From the NCBI GenBank assembly GCA_046074105.1, contig JBJTNQ010000046.1, positions 1,478 to 65,477 on the forward strand: a DNA stretch of 64,000 nucleotides, given 5' to 3'. Source of the DNA: Sphingobacteriaceae bacterium (GTDB lineage Bacteria; Bacteroidota; Bacteroidia; Sphingobacteriales; Sphingobacteriaceae). Position 1 is the stretch's first letter, and each line of letters opens with the position of its first letter. Positions 38,092 to 46,937 of this stretch are shown here, piece by piece. The translations under genes were made by a program, and so were the position numbers. The notes below the pieces were generated by a model. It was not told the DNA's origin. It did not search any database and worked only from the letters and a program-made list of their open reading frames with translations.

Positions 38092-38361
38092 TTATTTAAA
38101 ATCGGGTTTAATAATAAGGAAGAGTAGAATAAATAGCAGAAAAAGTACCGTAGGCACTATAGGAATGTAAAGTAGGGTAACCGCAGTTTTTATTTGATGA
38201 TAATAGTTCTTTAAAAGGTAAGCGGCTGCAATGAGCGCCACAAGCAAAAAGATGCAAATAATAACGGTCCGATTATATACCCCCGAAGCCCTGATATTAA
38301 AGGCAGCGTAAATCAATAAGACCATATCCAGTAGTAAACCAATTCTATAAATCCAATTCAT
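38092..38361 (-). CDS. hypothetical small membrane protein
   Basis: 89 aa with three hydrophobic helices. No recognisable family. Confidence 0.4.
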   Translation of the reverse strand: MNWIYRIGLLLDMVLLIYAAFNIRASGVYNRTVIICIFLLVALIAAAYLLKNYYHQIKTAVTLLYIPIVPTVLFLLFILLFLIIKPDFK

Positions 38362-38440
38362 TTAAGTATAACGCTGAAATGGGAGAATATTGTACCATGG
38401 CCCGCCCTATCCTGATAAAAAACCCGATTACCCGAGCAGA

Positions 38441-38477
38441 AAAGAAAAAGCCCCGTATCGAAATTCCGAAACGGGGC
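38441..38477 (-). terminator. rho-independent terminator after the M13 peptidase gene
   Basis: On the - strand: GCCCCGT..ACGGGGC stem followed by TTTTTCTTT. Confidence 0.65.
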
Positions 38478-38498
38478 TTCTTCACTTGTATAATTGAA

Positions 38499-40550
38499 TT
38501 ACCAAATTTTAATTCGGTCTTCAGGTTTTTTATACAATTTATCTCCCGGCTGAATATTGAAAGCCTTATACCAGACATCCATATTTACCGGAGCACCAAT
38601 GGTACGGTATTCGCCTGGCGAGTGCGGATCGGTTACGATCAACTGTGCAGCACTTTCGGCTAAGATATTGCCTCTCCAAACTTGTGCCCAAGAAAGGAAG
38701 AAACGCTGATCTGGCGTAAAACCATCAATACGCTCATTCGATTTCCCTTGTGCAGTCATTTTAAAGGCTTCATAAGCTGCATTTAAACCGCCTAAATCAC
38801 CAATATTTTCGCCTAAGGTTAATTTTCCATTTACATGAATGGTGTCTAAAACAGTGTAAGCATCATATTGCTCCTGTAAGGCCTTTGCTTTTGCTTTAAA
38901 CTTAGCCAGATCTTCGGCAGTCCACCAGTTCTTCAGGTTACCATCTTTATCATACTGGCTTCCTGAATCATCAAAACCATGAGAAATTTCGTGACCAATT
39001 ACGGCACCAATACCGCCATAATTAGTGGCATCATCGGCCTTAGGGTCAAAGAATGGGAATTGTAAAATTCCGGCAGGGAATACAATTTCGTTCATTACCG
39101 GATTGTAGTAAGCATTTACCGTAGGAGGTGTCATTCCCCAACGGCTTTTATCAACCGGTTTGCCTAGCTGACTTACCATATCGGCATAGCCAAAGGTGCC
39201 TGCATTACGCAGATTCTGCAAAAAGTTAGTTTTAGAAACCTCTAGTCCGTCATAGTTTTTCCATTTATCCGGATAAGCAATCTTAGGCGTAAAAGCATGT
39301 AATTTTTCTAATGCCTTAACTTTTGTTTCGGCACTCATCCAATCTAATTTATTGATACGTATCTCGTATGCTTTGATCAGGTTAGCGATCATTTCCTGCA
39401 TACGTGCTTTTGCTTCGGGCTTAAAGTATTTATCTACATAAAGTTGTCCTAATAGCTCGCCCAAAGTACCATCTGTTAAAGATGACATCCGTTGCCAGCG
39501 TGGAGTTTGTACTTTCTGTCCGGTTAACACCTGATTGAAAGCGAAATTAGCATCAACAAAAGGCGTGCTTAAATAAGGAGCAGCACCCTTTAACACATTC
39601 CACTGTAAATAGGTTTTCCAGTCGTTTACCGGAGTAGCCGTTAATAGCGTACTTAAATCGCTGAAAAATTTAGGCGCCCCTACCAGAATAGAATCCTGAC
39701 CGTTTACCTTCATTTTAGGCATCAATACAGACCAATCTAAGCCAGGAGTAGTTTTGCTAAAATCGGCAATAGAGTACTTATTGTATGTTTTATACGGGTC
39801 ACGCATTTCTACACGGCTCATTTGAGAATTAGCCAATGATTTTTCGATAGCGAAAATGGTTTCTGCATTTTTCTTAGCCTGAGTTTCTGATGTACCGCTT
39901 AAAGCAAACAGTTTAGTGATATAGCTTTTATAAGCTTCCTGAATTTTCAGGCTTCGGGCGTCTAATTTTAAATAATAATCGCGATCTGGCAGTGAAGTTC
40001 CTCCCTGACCTAGCTGTGCTATAATTTTAGTAGCCTGTTTACGATCCTGGCCTACATAAAATCCGAAAAGCGGCGAACCTAAACCGACAGTACGCATGGT
40101 GGCAACCTCATCAATAACGCCATTTAAATCTTTAATAGCACTTAATCGGCTTAAATCTGCAGCAATAGGGCTGTAACCTAATTTATCAATAGTTACACTA
40201 TCCATACCTGCCGAGTAGAAATCTCCTACACGCTTTTTAACCGAACCCGGCTTAGCATTTACATCTGCTGCTGCATCAACCAAGATGGATTTAACGGCAT
40301 TGATATTAAAATCGCGTAATTGGTTAAAGCTGCCCCAGCGGGTTTCTTTTGCCGGAACGGGATTGTTCTTTATCCATGTTCCGCTGGCATATTTATAAAA
40401 ATCGGAACCTGGTTTTACACTCAAATCCATATTAGACCGGTCAATGAATTTGGTCGGAGCGCTTTTAGGTGAGTCGTGCTGAGCAAAAGCGCTTAAGCTA
40501 CAGCTAAGTGCTAAGGCCAAAAGCCCTAAGCGAGAGTAATTAAGTTTCAT
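38499..40550 (-). CDS. M13 family metallopeptidase (PepO / endothelin-converting-enzyme-like)
   Basis: 683 aa. Signal peptide, NAYY, HEISHGFD zinc motif, GENIGDLGG. Confidence 0.92.
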   Translation of the reverse strand: MKLNYSRLGLLALALSCSLSAFAQHDSPKSAPTKFIDRSNMDLSVKPGSDFYKYASGTWIKNNPVPAKETRWGSFNQLRDFNINAVKSILVDAAADVNAKPGSVKKRVGDFYSAGMDSVTIDKLGYSPIAADLSRLSAIKDLNGVIDEVATMRTVGLGSPLFGFYVGQDRKQATKIIAQLGQGGTSLPDRDYYLKLDARSLKIQEAYKSYITKLFALSGTSETQAKKNAETIFAIEKSLANSQMSRVEMRDPYKTYNKYSIADFSKTTPGLDWSVLMPKMKVNGQDSILVGAPKFFSDLSTLLTATPVNDWKTYLQWNVLKGAAPYLSTPFVDANFAFNQVLTGQKVQTPRWQRMSSLTDGTLGELLGQLYVDKYFKPEAKARMQEMIANLIKAYEIRINKLDWMSAETKVKALEKLHAFTPKIAYPDKWKNYDGLEVSKTNFLQNLRNAGTFGYADMVSQLGKPVDKSRWGMTPPTVNAYYNPVMNEIVFPAGILQFPFFDPKADDATNYGGIGAVIGHEISHGFDDSGSQYDKDGNLKNWWTAEDLAKFKAKAKALQEQYDAYTVLDTIHVNGKLTLGENIGDLGGLNAAYEAFKMTAQGKSNERIDGFTPDQRFFLSWAQVWRGNILAESAAQLIVTDPHSPGEYRTIGAPVNMDVWYKAFNIQPGDKLYKKPEDRIKIW

Positions 40551-40635
40551 ATTATTTCTTTGGTTTTTTATGACTGATGAAGATAGGGCTAAATCCGCTT
40601 ATCGCCTAAAATTTTATCTAAAAATGATGTTACAT

Positions 40636-40715
40636 AAAATAGCGGTTAGGAATTTCAGACCGGCAGCAAATAGCATCTAAAAGCATATGAAATATTAAGT
40701 CTGAAACGCTATTTT
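40636..40715. promoter_or_regulatory. bipartite inverted repeat overlapping the valS -7 box
   Basis: AAAATAGCG (40636-44) + 8 nt + TTTCAGAC (40653-60) pairs with contiguous GTCTGAAACGCTATTTT (40699-40715). TATTTTTG box at 40710-40717. Confidence 0.45.
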
Positions 40716-40740
40716 TGCGCTTTGTGAATTTACTTTAAGC

Positions 40741-43419
40741 ATGAGCATATCTAAAACATATAATCCTAAAGAAGCAGAAGATAAATGGTATAGTTATTGG
40801 CTGGAAAAGCAATTTTTCCGTTCAGTACCCGATGAACGTGAACCCTACACCATTGTTATTCCCCCACCCAACGTTACCGGGGTGCTTCACATGTGCCATA
40901 TGCTCAATAACACCATTCAGGATGTACTGATTCGCCGTGCCCGTATGCAAGGCAAAAATGCCTGTTGGGTACCGGGTACCGACCACGCTTCTATTGCTAC
41001 CGAAGCAAAAGTGGTGGCCATGCTGAAAGAGCGGGGAATTGACAAGAAGGATATCAGCCGCGAAGAATTTTTGAATTATGCTTACGAGTGGAAAGACAAA
41101 TACGGCGGCATTATCCTGAAACAATTAGAAAAACTGGGCGCTTCATGCGATTGGGACCGTACCCGTTTTACGATGGAAGAATCATTATCAGAGGCAGTCA
41201 TCGACACCTTTATTCATTTATATAAAAAAGGCTGGATCTATCGCGGGGTACGCATGGTAAACTGGGATCCTCAGGGAAAAACAGCGGTTTCTGATGAGGA
41301 AGTGATCCGTAAAGAAGTAAACCAGAAATTATATTACATCAAGTATACAGTTGTGAATAACAGGTTGAATGTTGAAGGAGAAAAAAATCCTGCAACTCAA
41401 AACTCACAATCTACAACTTATATTACTGTTGCTACCACCCGACCAGAAACGATCATGGCCGACATGGCGATCTGTGTAAATCCGAATGATGAGCGTTATC
41501 ATCACCTGAAAGGGAAAAAAGTTTTGGTTCCTTTAATTAACCGCGAAATTCCGGTTATACAGGATGAATACGTAACCATGGATTTTGGTACAGGTTGCTT
41601 AAAAGTTACTCCGGCCCACGATTTAAATGATTATGAACTGGGCATTAAATACAAATTACCAGTCGTAGATATTTTAGATGAAGACGGTCGCCTGAATGAA
41701 AAAGCAAAAATTCTGGTGGGCGAAGACCGCTTTATTGCCCGTAAGAAAATTGCAGTAATGCTGGAGGAAGCCGGTAACCTGGAAAAGATTGAAGATTATA
41801 AATCGCAGATGGGTTTTTCGGAGCGTACCGATGCAGCCATCGAACCTAAACTTTCCATGCAGTGGTTCTGCAAAATGGACGAAATGGCCAAACCGGCGTT
41901 GGATTATGTGCTGAATGGCGAGGTTAAACTTATCCCAGATAAGTTCATCAATACCTACCGCCATTGGATGGAAAACGTGAAAGACTGGTGTATTAGCCGC
42001 CAGTTATGGTGGGGACAGCGAATCCCGGCCTGGTATTTACCCGATGGGCAATTTGTAATAGCCAAAACTCGTGAAGAAGCCTTTGCCACAGCAAAAAACT
42101 TACAACTTACAACCCAAAACCTACAACCCTCCGACCTAAAGCAAGATGAAGATGTCGTAGATACCTGGTTCTCTTCCTGGTTATGGCCTATCTCTGTTTT
42201 TGATGGTTTTAAAGATCCCAACAACGCCGATATCAATTATTACTATCCAACCAACGACTTGGTTACAGCACCCGAGATCTTATTTTTCTGGGTAGCTCGT
42301 ATGATCATGGCGGGTCACGAATTCCGTGGTAAAGCGCCGTTTAAGCATGTTTACTTAACCGGAATTGTTCGCGATAAGCAGGGCCGCAAAATGTCTAAAT
42401 CTTTAGGCAATTCGCCCGACCCTATTGATTTGATTGATAAATATGGTGCCGATGGCGTAAGGGTAGGTATGCTGCTTTGCTCTCCTGCCGGGAATGACCT
42501 GATGTTCGATGAAAGTTATTGCGAACAAGGCCGAAACTTCGCCAATAAAATTTGGAATGCTTTTCGCTTGGTAAAAGGCTGGGAAGTAGATACCAACCTA
42601 CCTAACTCCAATCAGCAGGCCATCGATTGGTTTGAAAACAATTTCAATCAGGCTTTAATTCAGATAGAAGAAGATTTTAATAATTACCGATTATCAGATG
42701 CACTAATGGGTATTTATAAATTGGTATGGGATGATTTTTGCGCTTGGTACCTCGAAATGGTGAAACCGGCCTATCAGCAACCTATTGATCAAGCAAGCTA
42801 CGAAGCCACTATCCGTTTCTTCGAAAATATCTTAAAACTGGTTCATCCGTTTATGCCATTCTTGAGTGAAGAATTATGGCACGATGAATTGTTTGGTCAG
42901 CGTACCGAACTGGATTGCTGTATCATTGCTGCTTATCCGCAAAGCGGAAAAGCCAATGCTGCTTTATTAAAAGATTTGGAAGTAATTAAACAACTGATCT
43001 CTGAAATCCGTAATGTTCGTAATTCAAAACAAATATCTCCAAAAGAGGCTTTAAGTCTACAAATTAAAGTGAATTCAAACATTCAGTTTAAAAATTATGA
43101 ACCTATGATCGCCAAATTGGCAAACATCAGTAAAATAAGCCTGGTTAGCGAAAAACCGGTTGGAGCAGCAAATTTCCTGGCCGGAACCGATGAATTCTTT
43201 ATTCCACTGGCAAATAATCTGGATGCAGGGGCAGAAAAAGAACGCATTCAGAAAGAATTAGATTACCTAACGGGATTCTTAAAATCGGTAGAGGCCAAGT
43301 TAGGCAATGAACGTTTTGTGCAGAATGCCAAACCCGAGATCATTGCAAACGAACGGCAGAAAAAAGCAGATGCAGAAGCCAAAATTCAAGCGCTTAAAGA
43401 AAATTTAGCGGTACTTTAA
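40741..43419 (+). CDS. valS: valine--tRNA ligase
   Basis: 892 aa. PPPNVTGVLHMCH (HIGH), VATTRPET, KMSKS, C-terminal coiled coil. Confidence 0.97.
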   Translation: MSISKTYNPKEAEDKWYSYWLEKQFFRSVPDEREPYTIVIPPPNVTGVLHMCHMLNNTIQDVLIRRARMQGKNACWVPGTDHASIATEAKVVAMLKERGIDKKDISREEFLNYAYEWKDKYGGIILKQLEKLGASCDWDRTRFTMEESLSEAVIDTFIHLYKKGWIYRGVRMVNWDPQGKTAVSDEEVIRKEVNQKLYYIKYTVVNNRLNVEGEKNPATQNSQSTTYITVATTRPETIMADMAICVNPNDERYHHLKGKKVLVPLINREIPVIQDEYVTMDFGTGCLKVTPAHDLNDYELGIKYKLPVVDILDEDGRLNEKAKILVGEDRFIARKKIAVMLEEAGNLEKIEDYKSQMGFSERTDAAIEPKLSMQWFCKMDEMAKPALDYVLNGEVKLIPDKFINTYRHWMENVKDWCISRQLWWGQRIPAWYLPDGQFVIAKTREEAFATAKNLQLTTQNLQPSDLKQDEDVVDTWFSSWLWPISVFDGFKDPNNADINYYYPTNDLVTAPEILFFWVARMIMAGHEFRGKAPFKHVYLTGIVRDKQGRKMSKSLGNSPDPIDLIDKYGADGVRVGMLLCSPAGNDLMFDESYCEQGRNFANKIWNAFRLVKGWEVDTNLPNSNQQAIDWFENNFNQALIQIEEDFNNYRLSDALMGIYKLVWDDFCAWYLEMVKPAYQQPIDQASYEATIRFFENILKLVHPFMPFLSEELWHDELFGQRTELDCCIIAAYPQSGKANAALLKDLEVIKQLISEIRNVRNSKQISPKEALSLQIKVNSNIQFKNYEPMIAKLANISKISLVSEKPVGAANFLAGTDEFFIPLANNLDAGAEKERIQKELDYLTGFLKSVEAKLGNERFVQNAKPEIIANERQKKADAEAKIQALKENLAVL
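41351..41416 (+). repeat. in-frame heptamer element inside valS (4 antisense-type units, A-rich spacer, 4 sense-type units)
   Basis: TTGTGAA TAACAGG TTGAATG TTGAAGG agaaaaaaat CCTGCAA CTCAAAA CTCACAA TCTACAA. Confidence 0.65.
42099..42133 (+). repeat. in-frame heptamer array inside valS
   Basis: CTTACAA CTTACAA CCCAAAA CCTACAA CCCTCCG, translated as NLQLTTQ NLQPSDL. Confidence 0.7.
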
Positions 43420-43423
43420 TTAA

Positions 43424-43569
43424 ACCAATAAGGTTTTCAAAGAGACCAATAAGGTTTTGAAACTTTTTTAACGAGAGACCAATAAGGTTTTGGAAACCTT
43501 ATTGGTCTTTAGATGGTCTTTATACAAACGAGACCTATAAGATTTGAAAACCTTATAGGTCTTTATAGC
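43424..43569. repeat. cluster of 14-15-nt direct and inverted repeats (ACCAATAAGGTTTT family) with two hairpins
   Basis: Direct copies at 43424, 43445 and 43478. Inverted copy at 43494-43508 gives a 15-bp hairpin (43476-43508). A variant hairpin AGACCTATAAG/CTTATAGGTCT lies at 43531-43562. GGTCTTTATA occurs twice. Confidence 0.8.
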
Positions 43570-44017
43570 CAGGAAGTTCTTGCAGAAATTGGTAAGATTG
43601 ATTTTCCCAATTTAGCTTGCAGCAATAATGATTTAGGCCATTGCTAACTAATAACAAAGGCACCCGGTGTACAAAATTATAACGGGCAATTTGATCAAAA
43701 GTATCTTGCGAGATATTTACTTGCGGTGCTTTACATTCTACTAAAAGTATTTTTTCGCCCTCTGCATTAAACACCAGCACATCGGTCCGTTTCTGTAAAC
43801 CATTGTATTTTAAACCACCTTCCAGCTGGATCAGGCTTTTAGGATAATGCTTATCGCGAATGAGATACTGCACCACATGCTGGCGCACCCACTCTTCGGG
43901 TGTTAGCACCAGGAATTTTTTTCGAACCTCATCAAAAATATAACGCTGCCCCGCTTCTTCTTTAATTCGAAGCGGATAAACCGGCCAATTTAGTGGTGTG
44001 GGTTCGAAAGGTGACAT
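43553..44017 (-). CDS. HsdR N-terminal-domain (PD-(D/E)xK fold) protein
   Basis: 154 aa. TDVLVF...ILLVECK nuclease-fold motif. Last codons lie in the hairpin arm at 43552-43562. Confidence 0.8.
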   Translation of the reverse strand: MSPFEPTPLNWPVYPLRIKEEAGQRYIFDEVRKKFLVLTPEEWVRQHVVQYLIRDKHYPKSLIQLEGGLKYNGLQKRTDVLVFNAEGEKILLVECKAPQVNISQDTFDQIARYNFVHRVPLLLVSNGLNHYCCKLNWENQSYQFLQELPGYKDL

Positions 44018-44082
44018 GCCCGCTAATTTCAGAAAAAAAGCTGATGAAATGGCACTGGATAATTTGTATTTTGGCGCTGCAA

Positions 44083-45111
44083 ATGAGCATAGCCGAAATC
44101 ATTAAGGATATTCAAAACAGAAAATTTAAACCGGTGTATTTATTACATGGGGAAGAACCTTATTATATCGATAAGATCAGCGATCTGTTAGAAGCTAATG
44201 TGCTTTCGGAAGCAGAGAAAGGGTTTAATCAAACCATTCTTTATGGTAAAGATACCGACATAGCTACCCTATTGAATACGGTTAAGCGCTACCCCATGAT
44301 GAGCGATTACCAATTGGTGGTAGTAAAGGAAGCTCAGGAAATAAAATGGGGAAAAGAAGATGACGACAAAAAAGCTTCAGATCCCTGGCTGGCTTACCTG
44401 GAAAATCCACTGTCTAGTACCATTTTAGTACTCTGCAACAAGTACGGAAAGTTTGATAAACGGAAGAAAACCTATAAGTCCATTGAAAAAAATGGCGTAG
44501 TATTTGAATCGGCTACCTTATACGACAATAAAATTCCGGCATGGATAGAAGGCTTTGTGAAAGAAAAAGGTTTCAGAATTGATGTGCGCAGCTCTGCTTT
44601 GTTAAGCGAGTATTTGGGCAACGATCTCTCTAAGATTGCCAACGAGCTGGAAAAACTGTTTTTAAACTTGGCTCCCGGACAAGAAATTACCGCAGAACAG
44701 GTTCAGAACAATATCGGTATCAGTAAAGAATTTAATGTATTTGAGCTACAAGATGCTTTAGCCAAACGAAATGCATTTAAAGCCAACCAAATCATCGATT
44801 ATTTCGGGGCAAACCCTAAAGCAAATCCCATACAAATGGTTTTGGGTGTGCTCAATACCTATTTTAGTAAAGTACTCAAATACCATTACGCCTCCGATCG
44901 TTCGCCACAGGGACTGGCCAGAGAATTAGGGGTTAATCCGTTTTTTGTAAAAGATTACGAGCTGGCCGGCCGTAATTACGATAAGGTTAAGCTCTTCCAT
45001 ATATTCAGTTATATCCGTGCCTACGATCTTAAATCAAAGGGTGTGGATGCAACAGGAAATAGCTCCGATGGCGAACTAATGAAAGAATTAGTTTATAAAA
45101 TTATCCATTAA
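44083..45111 (+). CDS. holA: DNA polymerase III subunit delta
   Basis: ATG 44083 (MSIAEIIKDIQNRKFKPVYLLHGEEPYYID) fits the usual HolA N-terminus. The ORF-track start at 43993 overlaps the divergent gene. Confidence 0.88.
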   Translation: MSIAEIIKDIQNRKFKPVYLLHGEEPYYIDKISDLLEANVLSEAEKGFNQTILYGKDTDIATLLNTVKRYPMMSDYQLVVVKEAQEIKWGKEDDDKKASDPWLAYLENPLSSTILVLCNKYGKFDKRKKTYKSIEKNGVVFESATLYDNKIPAWIEGFVKEKGFRIDVRSSALLSEYLGNDLSKIANELEKLFLNLAPGQEITAEQVQNNIGISKEFNVFELQDALAKRNAFKANQIIDYFGANPKANPIQMVLGVLNTYFSKVLKYHYASDRSPQGLARELGVNPFFVKDYELAGRNYDKVKLFHIFSYIRAYDLKSKGVDATGNSSDGELMKELVYKIIH

Positions 45112-45120
45112 AACACCGAT

Positions 45121-45525
45121 ATGAATCATTGGCTAGTTAAATCAGAACCATTTAAATACAGTTGGGAAAAATTCAATCAGGATGGACGCACCTTTTGGGA
45201 TGGCGTTCGCAACTACCAAGCACGCAATAACTTAAAAGCGATGAAAGAAGGCGACCTGGTGCTTTTTTATCATAGCAATGAAGGCATGTGTGTAGTAGGA
45301 ATTGCCAAAGTGGTGAAAGAATTTTACCAAGACCCCACCACCGACGATACCAATTGGGTAGTTGTAGATTTAGCCCCGGTAGAAGGCCTGAAAAAACCGG
45401 TAACGCTGGCACAAATTAAAGCCGACGAACAATTAAAAGATATTTCTTTGGTTCGCCAGGGCCGATTATCGGTCATGCCACTTAAAGCCACAGAATTCGA
45501 CCGGATATTAGAATTGGGCAGCTAA
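45121..45525 (+). CDS. EVE (PUA-like) domain protein
   Basis: 134 aa. WLVKSEP..YS...........WDGVRNYQARN.LK.M..GD.VLFYHS. Confidence 0.85.
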   Translation: MNHWLVKSEPFKYSWEKFNQDGRTFWDGVRNYQARNNLKAMKEGDLVLFYHSNEGMCVVGIAKVVKEFYQDPTTDDTNWVVVDLAPVEGLKKPVTLAQIKADEQLKDISLVRQGRLSVMPLKATEFDRILELGS

Positions 45526-45564
45526 AGAACTTACTGTCATTTCTCATCAAAAAATCATATGCAT

Positions 45565-45600
45565 GGTTCGTATCCTCACGAAACGGAACGAACCAATTTT
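45565..45600 (+). terminator. rho-independent terminator after the EVE gene
   Basis: GGTTCGTaTCC / GGAACGAACC stem followed by AATTTT. Confidence 0.55.
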
Positions 45601-45619
45601 GGAATTGGGAAGCTAAAAC

Positions 45620-46150
45620 CTATTCCGAATCTTTAAAAAACAAAGCCTTCAACTCAGTGGCCTCATCAGGTTTCATTTTACCGGCCAAAATTAAACGCAA
45701 CTGCCGGCGGCGAAGTGCTCCGTCAAACAGTTTACGCTCTTCTTCGGTCTCTACTTTTAACTCCGGTACCGGAACGGTCTTACCGTTTTCATCCAATGCC
45801 ACAAAAGTATAATAAGCTTCATTGGATTTGAATCGGGTACCTGACGGAATGTTCTGTGCCCAAACATCTAAACGAACCTCAACAGAGGTGTTAAAAGCAC
45901 GGCTTACTTTAGCTTCCAGTGTAACTACATCGCCTAGTTTAATGGGATGATGAAAAGAAACATTATCTACCGAAGCGGTTACTACAATGCGATTGCAATG
46001 TTTTTGAGCAGATATGGCTGCCGCGATATCCATCCAGTGCAGCAAACGGCCGCCCATTAAATTATTCAAGGTATTGGTATCATTGGGCAATACCAACTCG
46101 TTCATTACAATAAAAGAATCTTGAGCAGATTTGGCAGCGAGCTTATTCAT
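45620..46150 (-). CDS. acyl-CoA thioesterase (hotdog fold, YciA-like)
   Basis: 176 aa. N..G...GG.LL.WMD.AA..SA......RIVVTASVD.V.F. Confidence 0.88.
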   Translation of the reverse strand: MNKLAAKSAQDSFIVMNELVLPNDTNTLNNLMGGRLLHWMDIAAAISAQKHCNRIVVTASVDNVSFHHPIKLGDVVTLEAKVSRAFNTSVEVRLDVWAQNIPSGTRFKSNEAYYTFVALDENGKTVPVPELKVETEEERKLFDGALRRRQLRLILAGKMKPDEATELKALFFKDSE

Positions 46151-46271
46151 GTGGCAAAACTAAGCATTTTGAATTCAAGAGCCTATTGCATTTAGGATGC
46201 AACTACATTTTGACACAAAATAAACGGGAATACTTAAAATAACTCTTAGTTTAGTTCTAAATATCAAAATC

Positions 46272-46850
46272 ATGAAACAAATCTTATTATCTGCAGCAGT
46301 ATTGGTTTTAGCCGGATCGGCAGCCTTATACTATCTTAACTTTTTCCAAAGAGGCAATGAAGTGAATACCGTTGCCGGGAAATCATTTTACGATTTAAAA
46401 ATTAAGAGTCTTGATGGTAAAACCGTTTATCATTTCAAAGACTTTAAAGGCAAAAAAGTATTATGTGTAAATACCGCCTCTAAATGTGGATATACCCCAC
46501 AATATGCTGGTTTACAGAAACTGCAAGAACGCTATAAAGACCAATTAATTATTATTGGATTTCCTTGCAACCAATTTTTAGGACAAGAGCCGGGAAGTGC
46601 TTCTGAGATCAGCGAATTTTGTGCTAAAAATTATGGTGTAACCTTCCGCATGACCGAAAAAATTGATGTGAAAGGGAAAGATCAAAACCCGGTTTACCAA
46701 TGGCTTTGCCAAAAGGTAAATAATGGTGTAGAAGATGTTACCGTTGGCTGGAACTTCGGCAAATTTCTGATTGATGAGAAAGGAAATTATGTGGCGTATT
46801 TTCCATCAAAAGTAGATCCACTTAGTGCCGAAATTACTTCAAAATTATAA
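46272..46850 (+). CDS. glutathione peroxidase (Cys type)
   Basis: 192 aa. VNTASKCGYT (TGT Cys codon at 46485-46487), FPCNQF, WNFGKFL. Confidence 0.92.
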   Translation: MKQILLSAAVLVLAGSAALYYLNFFQRGNEVNTVAGKSFYDLKIKSLDGKTVYHFKDFKGKKVLCVNTASKCGYTPQYAGLQKLQERYKDQLIIIGFPCNQFLGQEPGSASEISEFCAKNYGVTFRMTEKIDVKGKDQNPVYQWLCQKVNNGVEDVTVGWNFGKFLIDEKGNYVAYFPSKVDPLSAEITSKL

Positions 46851-46868
46851 CCTGAATTTTCAGACTTA

Positions 46869-46900
46869 AACCCTCCAGATAAAATCGGGAGGGTTTTTTT
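46869..46900 (+). terminator. rho-independent terminator after gpx
   Basis: AACCCTCC / GGAGGGTT stem followed by T7. Confidence 0.75.
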
Positions 46901-46937
46901 ATGCCTATAAATGGCTATTTTTATCAAAAAAATTTCC

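Noticed and set aside
40570-40680. 36-codon upstream ORF (MTDEDRAKSAYRLKFYLKMMLHKIAVRNFRPAANSI) ahead of valS as a leader peptide.
   Set aside because: It has no Val enrichment and lies upstream of the candidate valS promoter. Nothing distinguishes it from a chance ORF in AT-rich DNA.
43424-43569. Possible miniature CRISPR array (regularly spaced direct repeats).
   Set aside because: The repeats are only 14-17 nt with 7-19-nt gaps. One copy is inverted and forms hairpins, there are no cas genes anywhere in the window, and the location is a convergent gene junction. This is a compound terminator or REP-like cluster.
46485-46487. Selenocysteine recoding in the glutathione peroxidase gene.
   Set aside because: The active-site codon is TGT (Cys), not TGA, and no SECIS-like requirement arises.
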